10,238 bases of DNA. Source: Myxococcota bacterium. GTDB lineage: Bacteria > Myxococcota > JACRCW01. The stretch lies in assembly GCA_040752415.1 (NCBI GenBank), contig JBFMGU010000334.1, forward strand, positions 1 through 10,238, read 5' to 3'. The notes below the pieces were generated by a model that was not told the origin of the DNA, ran no database searches, and worked only from the letters and a program-made list of their open reading frames with translations. Every line of letters begins with the position of its first letter. Within the stretch, counting starts at the first letter, position 1. Made by a program: the position numbers and the translations under genes. Below, one piece after another: positions 1 to 6,669 of the stretch.

Positions 1-114
1 CCCGCCGCCACCGGAGCGACCCTCGCCGCCAAACCGCCCTTCGCCGCGCCCGCCACCACCGGAGCGCCCGCCACGGGTGTCACCTCTGCCGCCACGACCA
101 GATTCACGTCTCAT
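1..114 (-). CDS. 5' part of a gene with a Gly/Arg (RGG)-rich low-complexity N-terminus; runs off the left edge, product unknown (possibly RNA-binding or RNA-modifying)
   Basis: Manual translation from the ATG at 114..112 gives MRRESGRGGRGDTRGGRSGGGGRGEGRFGGEGRSGGGG, open to base 1. It is absent from the ORF track (no stop in the window). It is divergent from prs, with a -10-like TAGGAT upstream. The start codon is tentative because the frame is also open upstream. Confidence 0.6.
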   Translation of the reverse strand, partial: MRRESGRGGRGDTRGGRSGGGGRGEGRFGGEGRSGGGG

Positions 115-164
115 CTGCCACCACGCTGCGCCCCGGGAACATGCCGGGGATAGAAGGGGCGCGC

Positions 165-192
165 ATCCTACCCGTCGCGGCGCCGTTGGCCA
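165..192 (-). promoter_or_regulatory. putative sigma70-type promoter for the RGG-rich gene
   Basis: The minus strand reads TGGCCA (192..187)-N16-TAGGAT (170..165), about 50 nt upstream of the ATG at 114. Confidence 0.3.
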
Positions 193-262
193 GCGTTTGT
201 TCGCTTTGTCCTGTCCACGACGGGGCTTGCCGTGCACATCCGGTTGTGTCACGCCAACGCCC

Positions 263-1189
263 ATGACCCTGCTGTTCTCCATCCGTGAGCACGAGGCGCT
301 GGCCGCGGAGCTCCGGGAGCTCACCGGTTACGACGAAGGCCAGCTCGAATGCCGCATCTTCCCCGACGGGGAACGCTACCTGCGCATCCTCTCGCCGGTG
401 CGCGCGCAGGACGTGGTGATCGTCGGGGGCACCACCACGGACACGGCCACGCTGGACATCTTCGACCTCGCGTGCGGCCTGGTGACGGCGGGATGCCAGA
501 GCCTGACCCTGCTCATCCCCTTCTTCGGCTACTCCACGATGGAGCGCGCCGTGAAGAGCGGTGAGGTGGTGACGGCCAAGACGCGCGCGCACCTGCTTTC
601 CATCATTCCGACGGCGCCGGGCGGCAACCGGGTGGCGCTGCTGGACCTGCACTCCGAGGGCATCCCGCACTACTTCGAGCCGGGCGTGGTGAGCACGCAC
701 CTCTACGCCAAGTCCGTCATCCTCGACGCCATCCGTGGCCTCGGGTTGGGGGACTTCTCGTTGGGCTCGGTGGACGCGGGGCGCGCCAAGTGGGTGGAGT
801 CGTTGGCGAACGACCTGGGCGTGGTTCCGTCGTTCGTGCTCAAGCGTCGCTCCAGCGACCGGAAGACGGAGGTGATCGCCGTTTCCGCCTCGGTGTCCGG
901 GCGTCCGGTGGTGATCTACGACGACATGATTCGCACCGGAGGCAGCCTGCTCGGCGCTGCGCGCGCCTTCCGCGACGCCGGAGCCACGGACGTGTACGCG
1001 GTGGCCTCGCATGGCGTGTTCCCGGGCGACGCGCTGGAGCGCATCCGGGGCAGCGGTTTCATCCGTCGCGTGGTGGTGACCAACAGCCACCCGTGGGCCA
1101 TGCGCCGCCCCGCCGACGACGGATTCCTCACCGTCCGCTCCTGCGCCCCGGTGTTCCAGGCATTCCTGGCCACGCTGGGCCACGCCTGA
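263..1189 (+). CDS. prs: ribose-phosphate pyrophosphokinase (PRPP synthetase), 308 aa, divergent class II-like type
   Basis: Motifs FPDGE, DLHS, LKRR, the PRPP-binding loop VVIYDDMIRTGGS, SHGVF and VVVTNS. The ATG at 263 (MTLLFS) gives the normal family length. The ORF-track extension from 77 has no Prs character. Confidence 0.95.
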   Translation: MTLLFSIREHEALAAELRELTGYDEGQLECRIFPDGERYLRILSPVRAQDVVIVGGTTTDTATLDIFDLACGLVTAGCQSLTLLIPFFGYSTMERAVKSGEVVTAKTRAHLLSIIPTAPGGNRVALLDLHSEGIPHYFEPGVVSTHLYAKSVILDAIRGLGLGDFSLGSVDAGRAKWVESLANDLGVVPSFVLKRRSSDRKTEVIAVSASVSGRPVVIYDDMIRTGGSLLGAARAFRDAGATDVYAVASHGVFPGDALERIRGSGFIRRVVVTNSHPWAMRRPADDGFLTVRSCAPVFQAFLATLGHA

Positions 1190-1251
1190 GCGTCGTCCAC
1201 GCCTGATTCTCCGTCGGACGAGGGATATCCCGGTGGTCGCGGGAGGCTCCC

Positions 1252-2523
1252 ATGTCCGCCGTCTCACGACGCACTTTGATGGTGTTGGGCCTGGCATCCA
1301 GTTGCGCGGTGGGCCGTTGGTCGGGGCCGGACGCGTTCGAGAGCGTCCCGCTGGGCCAGGAGGTTGCCCCCGGCGAGCCGCGGCCCGTTCCTGACACCGA
1401 ACAGCTTCCGCCCGCGCCTCCGCCCGCCGCGCAACACGCCATCCCCGACGAGCAGGTCACGCAGGCCGTCTCGCTGAACCTCCGCGCGGATCCCCTGCTG
1501 GCCAACCAGTCGCTGCACGTGGCAACGCATGACGGCGTGGTGACCGTGACCGGGAACGTCGACACGCTGCTGGCCAAGGACCGCGTTTCCCAGGTGGTGC
1601 GCGGGACGGTGGGCGTGGTGGCGGTGCGGGACGGCGTCACCGTGCGCATCCCTCCCGTCGACGACCGGGTCCTCGCCCGGCGCCTGGCGCGGACGCTCAA
1701 CGGTCTCAGCGTGCACCCCACGGTGGCGGAGGGTGTGGTGACGTTGCGCGGTCACGTCGTCGACGCGGCGGATGCGCAGCGCGTGGTGGAGCGGGTCCGG
1801 GCGGTGCCGGGGGTGTCCGCGGTGGTGGAGGAGCTGGCGGTGGGACCGACACAACCGGACGCGGAGATCCGCAGCACCATCCAGCGCCAGCTGGCACGCC
1901 AGGGATTCTCCCCCGACGAGGTGCAGGTGGAGATCCGTGGGAACGGGGTGGTGCTGCGCGGCCAGGTGGACAGCCAGGAACAACGGGAACGGGCCCGCGA
2001 CCTTGCGCACGTCACCGGCGTGGCCTGGGTGGATGACTCCGCGCTGATGGTTGCCGTGGAGGAGGAGCAGCCCCAGGTCTCCGACGAGCGCCTGGAGACC
2101 GACGTGCGCGCCGCGCTGCAACGCGACCCCCTGCTCTCCGGCACCACGCTCGAGATCGACGTCGAGGACGGCGTGGTCCGCCTGGAGGGTGAGGTCACCG
2201 ACGACGCCATGCGCACCGCCGCCGAGCTGGATGCCGGCATGACGACGGGCGTGAAAGGCGTTGATAACCGGATTCTCGTCCGTGGGGAGACTCCCTCGCC
2301 GGATGAGCGGCTGGAGGAGCGGGTGCGTAACGCCCTGCGCGAGGACCCACGCACGCGGGATGAGCACATCCTGGTCTCCGCGCGCGAAGGCCACGTGACG
2401 CTCCACGGCACTGTCGACGACGAGAACGCCGCCACCGCGGCCCAGCAGGTCACCTCGCGCGTGCAGGGGGTGAGGCAGGTCATCAACGGGCTGGCGCCTC
2501 GGCCCTCTTCCCGACGGGACTGA
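1252..2523 (+). CDS. exported multi-BON-domain (OsmY-like) protein, five BON repeats, possible lipoprotein
   Basis: GGAGG lies just upstream of the ATG. Five repeats of about 65-70 aa follow the pattern D..I/V...V...L..DP......V...GVVTL.G.V......A......GV..V.N.L, beginning DEQVTQ, DDRVLA, DAEIRS, DERLET and DERLEE. The N-terminus SRRTLMVLGLASSC is followed by a Pro-rich linker. Confidence 0.9.
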   Translation: MSAVSRRTLMVLGLASSCAVGRWSGPDAFESVPLGQEVAPGEPRPVPDTEQLPPAPPPAAQHAIPDEQVTQAVSLNLRADPLLANQSLHVATHDGVVTVTGNVDTLLAKDRVSQVVRGTVGVVAVRDGVTVRIPPVDDRVLARRLARTLNGLSVHPTVAEGVVTLRGHVVDAADAQRVVERVRAVPGVSAVVEELAVGPTQPDAEIRSTIQRQLARQGFSPDEVQVEIRGNGVVLRGQVDSQEQRERARDLAHVTGVAWVDDSALMVAVEEEQPQVSDERLETDVRAALQRDPLLSGTTLEIDVEDGVVRLEGEVTDDAMRTAAELDAGMTTGVKGVDNRILVRGETPSPDERLEERVRNALREDPRTRDEHILVSAREGHVTLHGTVDDENAATAAQQVTSRVQGVRQVINGLAPRPSSRRD

Positions 2524-2526
2524 GGT

Positions 2527-2541
2527 GCGGCAAGCTGCCGC
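2527..2541 (+). terminator. GC-rich hairpin just after the BON gene stop (weak terminator or processing stem)
   Basis: GCGGCA-AGC-TGCCGC, followed only by CTT, with no real U-tract. Confidence 0.25.
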
Positions 2542-2559
2542 CTTGGCGCGGCGTCGTGG

Positions 2560-2583
2560 CAGATGCACCAAAGCAGGCATCTG
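2560..2583. promoter_or_regulatory. 7-10-7 inverted repeat upstream of cydA (candidate operator or leader hairpin)
   Basis: CAGATGC-accaaagcag-GCATCTG has perfect 7-bp arms and ends 25 nt before the cydA ATG. Confidence 0.35.
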
Positions 2584-2608
2584 GGTAGGGCCGCGCTCGA
2601 GGTGACCC

Positions 2609-3946
2609 ATGTCGGATCTGCTTGCCGCGCGTTCGCAGATGGCGGTGTCGCTGGCGTTCCACATCATCTTTGCCGTCGTGGGAATGGCCATGCCGTTGCT
2701 GATGGTGGTGGCGGAGGGCCGGTACCTGCGCACCGGCGACAAGCGTTACCTGGTGCTGGCCAAGCGGTGGGCCAAGGGCACCGGGATCATGTTTGCCGTC
2801 GGGGCGGTGAGCGGCACGGTGCTCTCCTTTGAGCTGGGCCTGTTGTGGCCGCAGTTCATGGAGCTGGCAGGTCCCGCCGTGGGGATGCCGTTTTCCATGG
2901 AGGGCTTTGCGTTCTTCATGGAGGCCATCTTCCTGGGCATCTTCCTCTACGGGTGGGACCGCGTGTCGCCGCGCGTGCACTGGCTCAGTGGCGTGATGGT
3001 GCTGCTCAGCGGGGTGACGTCCGGAGTGTTCGTGGTTTCCGCGAATGCGTGGATGAACACGCCCACGGGGTTCACCTTGCGGGACGGCAAGATCGTCGAC
3101 GTGGTGCCGTGGGCGGCCATGTTCAACCCCGCGTTCCCCTCGCAGGCGCTGCACATGGTGGTGGCGGCGTTCGAGGCGGTGGGATTCGGCGTGGCCGGCG
3201 TGCATGCGTGGCTGCTGTTGCGCAACCCTTCCGACTGGCTCCACCAGCGCGCGCTCGCCATTGCGCTCACCGTGGGTGGCGTGGCGGCGGTGGTGCAGCC
3301 GCTCAGCGGGGATGTCAGCGCGGTGCAGGTGGCGGAGAACCAGCCCATCAAGCTCGCCGCCATGGAGGGGCACTGGGACACCGAGAAGGGCGCCGCGTTG
3401 AAGATCGGCGGGTGGCCCGACGAGCAGCGTGAGGAGACGCGCTTTTCCGTCGACATCCCGTACCTCCTCAGCATCATGGCCTACCGCGATCCCAACGCGC
3501 CGGTGCGCGGCCTCAAGGACTTCCCGCCCGACGAGCGACCCCCGGTGGCGGTGGTGCACCTGGCCTTTGACCTGATGGTGGGCTGTGGCGTGGTGCTGGC
3601 CCTGGTGGCGTTGCTGGAGGCGGTGCTGTGGCGTCGTCGACGACCGTGGGAGGTTCCTTGGCGTCTCAAGGCGTTGGTGGCGTGCACGCCCCTGGGCTTC
3701 ATTGCGATTGAAGCGGGCTGGACGGTGACGGAGGTGGGTCGGCAGCCGTGGATTGTGCAGGGCGTGATGCGCACGTCGGACGCGGTGACGAGCATGCCGC
3801 AGCTGCGCGTGACCTTCCTGGTGTTCACGCTGCTGTACGTGGTGCTTTCCGTCGTCGTGGTGGTGCTCATGCGGCGCCTGGTGTTCGCCAGCCTGCAACC
3901 CGCGGAGGCCCAGGCGGCGGGGGAGGGGCACCATGCTCTCGCTTGA
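2609..3946 (+). CDS. cydA: cytochrome bd quinol oxidase subunit I, short Q-loop type (445 aa)
   Basis: GAGGTG RBS. Motifs FHIIF (H18), FAVGAVSGTVLSFELG, EGFAFFMEAIFLG, SANAWMNTP, HM (H182), Q-loop QPIKLAAMEG, FDLMVG (M323) and GWTVTEVGRQPW (E375). Confidence 0.97.
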   Translation: MSDLLAARSQMAVSLAFHIIFAVVGMAMPLLMVVAEGRYLRTGDKRYLVLAKRWAKGTGIMFAVGAVSGTVLSFELGLLWPQFMELAGPAVGMPFSMEGFAFFMEAIFLGIFLYGWDRVSPRVHWLSGVMVLLSGVTSGVFVVSANAWMNTPTGFTLRDGKIVDVVPWAAMFNPAFPSQALHMVVAAFEAVGFGVAGVHAWLLLRNPSDWLHQRALAIALTVGGVAAVVQPLSGDVSAVQVAENQPIKLAAMEGHWDTEKGAALKIGGWPDEQREETRFSVDIPYLLSIMAYRDPNAPVRGLKDFPPDERPPVAVVHLAFDLMVGCGVVLALVALLEAVLWRRRRPWEVPWRLKALVACTPLGFIAIEAGWTVTEVGRQPWIVQGVMRTSDAVTSMPQLRVTFLVFTLLYVVLSVVVVVLMRRLVFASLQPAEAQAAGEGHHALA

Positions 3947-4955
3947 GGTGGGCCTGGCGGCGTTCATGGTGATTGCGCTGACGGTGTACGCGCTCAGTGG
4001 TGGCGCGGACTTTGGTGGCGGCGTGTGGGACCTCCTGGCGCTGGGACCGCGCGCCCGTGCGCAACGCGACCTCATCTCGACTGCCGTGGCGCCCATCTGG
4101 GAGGCCAACCACGTGTGGCTCATCGCGGTGATCGTGGTGATGTTCTCGGCGTTCCCGCCGGCGTTCGCGGCCATGAGCACGGCGCTGCACATCCCGCTGA
4201 CGCTGGTGTTGCTGGGCATCGTGATGCGGGGGAGCGCCTTCGTGTTCCGCTCGCAGCTCCCGCGTGACGACGTGGGCTACCGCCAGTGGAGCCGGGTGTT
4301 CGCCATCTCCAGCGTGGTGACACCGGTGATGCTGGGCGTCTCCCTGGGGGCGGTGGCGTCGGGAAAGTTGCCGCTGGATGCGCGCGGCCGGGTGGTGACG
4401 GACTTCATCTCGTCGTGGTGGGCGCCGTTTCCGTTCATGGTGGGGCTGATGATCCTGGCGTTGTTCGCGTACCTGGCCGCGGTCTACCTGACCCTGGAAA
4501 CCGACGACGCTGCCCTGCAGGACGATTTCCGTCGTCGCGCGCTGGGCTCCGCGGTGGCGGTGGGCCTGTTGGCCTGGGCCGCGCTCTCCTTGGCCCACCA
4601 CGGAGCGCCCCGCCTCTACGAAGGCCTTCTCCGTCGCTGGTGGTCGCTCCCGCTGCAGGGGCTGATTGCGTTGGTGGCGGTGGGCGGAATGGCGGCGTTG
4701 TGGCTGCGTCGCTACCGGCCGGCCCGCGTGCTGGCGATGGGGCAGGCCACGTTGATGGTGTGGGGTTGGGCGTTCGCGCAGTACCCGTACCTCGTGGCGC
4801 CGGACCTGACGGTGGAATCCTCCGCGGCGCCGCGCTCCGTCCTGGTCGCTGTTTCCGTGGCGTTGGCGGTGGGCACCGCGCTGCTCATCCCCGCGCTTGG
4901 GTACCTCTACGTCGTCTTCAAGGCTCGCCCGGGAACAAAGTTGACGTCGTCGTAG
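3933..4955 (+). CDS. cydB: cytochrome bd quinol oxidase subunit II (340 aa)
   Basis: Overlaps cydA by 14 nt and has a GGAGG RBS. Motifs GGADFGGG, PIWEANHVWL, FPPAFA, RGSAFVFR and AQYPY, with many transmembrane helices. Confidence 0.96.
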   Translation: MLSLEVGLAAFMVIALTVYALSGGADFGGGVWDLLALGPRARAQRDLISTAVAPIWEANHVWLIAVIVVMFSAFPPAFAAMSTALHIPLTLVLLGIVMRGSAFVFRSQLPRDDVGYRQWSRVFAISSVVTPVMLGVSLGAVASGKLPLDARGRVVTDFISSWWAPFPFMVGLMILALFAYLAAVYLTLETDDAALQDDFRRRALGSAVAVGLLAWAALSLAHHGAPRLYEGLLRRWWSLPLQGLIALVAVGGMAALWLRRYRPARVLAMGQATLMVWGWAFAQYPYLVAPDLTVESSAAPRSVLVAVSVALAVGTALLIPALGYLYVVFKARPGTKLTSS

Positions 4956-4961
4956 CCCATC

Positions 4962-6467
4962 TCACCGGATCACCAGCTCCGCGCCCAGCGGGTGGAACGC
5001 GTGCGCAATGCGCAGCAAATCGTCGTGTGCATCCGCGCGGAACGCGGCCACCTCCACGCGCTTCCCGCGTCGTCGCATCAGCTGCACCAGCGGAACAAAG
5101 TCACCGTCGCCGCTGCACAGCACCACGGTATCCACGCGCGCCGTGTCCTCGACGACATCCATGGCCAGACCCATGTCCCAGTCCGCCTTCACCGACCCAT
5201 CCGCGCGCGTGACCGGTTTCTTCACCCGGACCTCGAAGCCCGCTCCGCGCAGCGCCATGCAGAACCCCTGGAACTTCTCGGGCTCGCCCTGCTCCACGGC
5301 GTACGCCACCGCGCGCGCCACGCTGCGGCCCGCGGCCAGCATGTTGAGCATGGAGACAAAGTCCATCCTCCCGCGCTGGTGGTGATGCGCGCCCGCGCTC
5401 AGGTTGGCCACGTCCACGTGCACGGCGATGCGCTCGGTTCCTTCCGTCGTCGTCGCGGCGGCCTGTCCCTGCGCGCGGTGCCGCTGCTTGCGTGCGTCGC
5501 GCAGCATCTCCCGCAGTCTCCGGATGCGCTCCTGCGCCACCTGGTCCCGCGAAGCCAGCGCGCCCGCCAGGGTCCGTTGCTCGTCCTGCATGCGGTGCAG
5601 TTGCGAGACCGCGGCGTCCCGTTCCTTCTGCAGCGCGTCGCGTTCGGCGGTCACGGTCTCCAGTCGTCGCTGCGCGTTCTGCAGGCGGGTTTCCCACGCG
5701 CCGGCGTCGACCCCGAGCCGCTCCTCCGCCCGCAGCCGTGCCACCTCCGCGCGACTCTCCTCCAGCGCCACCTCCAGCTCCCGGACGCGCGTGTTGGCCA
5801 GGCTGGCCTCGCGGTCGGACTCCGCACGCGCGTCCACCTCGTCGCGGAGCTGTGCTTCCTTCGCTCCCAGCTGCGCCAGGAACTCCGCGCGCTCCTTCTC
5901 CAGCCGGTTGACCTGGGAGGCCATGCCCTCGGCCTGCCGCTCCACCGCGCGCGTCTGCGCCTCCAGGTCCTCCACCTTCTGGCTCACCGCCTCCGGCGAG
6001 AAGATCGCGGTGCGCTCGATGGCGCGCGCGTCACCCAACGCCTGCAACAGCGCGCCCACCATCTCCTCGGCCACGCGCTGCGCACCGGGTCGCGGATCCA
6101 TCGAGAGCGCCCACATGATCCTGGCGCGTTCCCGACGGAGCTGGAGCGCGGGCAAGGCGAGGATCCGCTCCCGCAGCGCGTTCTCCTCCAGCGCGTCCAC
6201 CAGTCCCTTCTCCCGCGTGGCCGCGCGGCTCAGCTCCTTGGCCAGCAGGCCCAGCGCGCCCTCGTCGGCAAGGGCCAGGCGGACCAGCACGGCGGTGAGC
6301 CCTTCTTTGTCCAGGCGGGCCGCCCGCGGACCCCGTCCCGCGGAGAGCCGGTCATACAATCCGCGCAGCCGCACCTGGTCCACCGCGTCGTGGACCACGC
6401 TGAGCAGACCCGGAGCGCCCAGGAGCTGCGCCGCACGGGTGTAGGTCGGCGCTTCTCCGGACATCAC
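4962..6467 (-). CDS. NYN (LabA/DUF88, PIN-like) domain protein fused to an N-terminal helical region and a long coiled coil; putative ribonuclease
   Basis: The C-terminal ~155 aa carry IAVHVDVANL, KADWDMGLAMD, VVLCSGDGDFVPLV and GKRVEV. The central ~170 aa are E/R/Q/L/A-rich heptads with no Pro. The start is GTG 6467 or ATG 6464, overlapping the upstream TGA, with a GAGGGAG RBS. Confidence 0.9.
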   Translation of the reverse strand: MMSGEAPTYTRAAQLLGAPGLLSVVHDAVDQVRLRGLYDRLSAGRGPRAARLDKEGLTAVLVRLALADEGALGLLAKELSRAATREKGLVDALEENALRERILALPALQLRRERARIMWALSMDPRPGAQRVAEEMVGALLQALGDARAIERTAIFSPEAVSQKVEDLEAQTRAVERQAEGMASQVNRLEKERAEFLAQLGAKEAQLRDEVDARAESDREASLANTRVRELEVALEESRAEVARLRAEERLGVDAGAWETRLQNAQRRLETVTAERDALQKERDAAVSQLHRMQDEQRTLAGALASRDQVAQERIRRLREMLRDARKQRHRAQGQAAATTTEGTERIAVHVDVANLSAGAHHHQRGRMDFVSMLNMLAAGRSVARAVAYAVEQGEPEKFQGFCMALRGAGFEVRVKKPVTRADGSVKADWDMGLAMDVVEDTARVDTVVLCSGDGDFVPLVQLMRRRGKRVEVAAFRADAHDDLLRIAHAFHPLGAELVIR

Positions 6468-6664
6468 GCTCCCTCGTCTTCCGGAAGGTCCATCTCGCGC
6501 GTGAAGATCACGAACGCCATGCGCGGGCGCTTGGAGGCTTCGCTCGGGACAAAGGTCATCCCGTCGTAGACCCAGCCCTGCTGCGTCATCTCGTTGAGGA
6601 TGCGCGTCAGGGTCTCGTCGGTCACCGTGCTGGTCTCCACCACCTTGTACTCGGTGCCCTTCAT
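6464..6664 (-). CDS. small DUF4177-like protein (66 aa)
   Basis: MKGTEYKVVETSTVTDETLTRILNEMTQQGWVYDGM...AFVIFTR fits the EYKV...LNE...GW...IF.R pattern of DUF4177. The ATG at 6664 is 5 nt after the hemB stop. The ORF-track start at 6850 lies inside hemB. Confidence 0.8.
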   Translation of the reverse strand: MKGTEYKVVETSTVTDETLTRILNEMTQQGWVYDGMTFVPSEASKRPRMAFVIFTREMDLPEDEGA

Positions 6665-6669
6665 CGCGC

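Noticed and set aside
77..262. 62-aa N-terminal extension of Prs in the ORF track
   Set aside because: It has no Prs similarity and overlaps the divergent RGG gene start and promoter region. The ATG at 263 gives a normal-length enzyme.
227..262. TTGCCG-N17-CACGCC-N7-ATG as a leaderless prs promoter
   Set aside because: The spacing is ideal, but the -10 hexamer lacks both conserved Ts, so it is too weak to list.
1180..1231. 10-bp direct repeat CCACGCCTGA (1180..1189, 1197..1206) and palindrome GGGATATCCC (1222..1231)
   Set aside because: Both are short with no transposase or integrase nearby. They fit a local micro-duplication or chance, and no function can be supported.
104..6569. Long antisense or alternative-frame ORFs (104..1297, 1264..2742, 2483..4219, 3867..4601, 4286..5212, 4992..6569, 5404..6444)
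   Set aside because: These are shadow ORFs of well-supported genes, expected in high-GC DNA where stops are rare. The translations are R/H/G/A/S-rich with no recognisable motifs.
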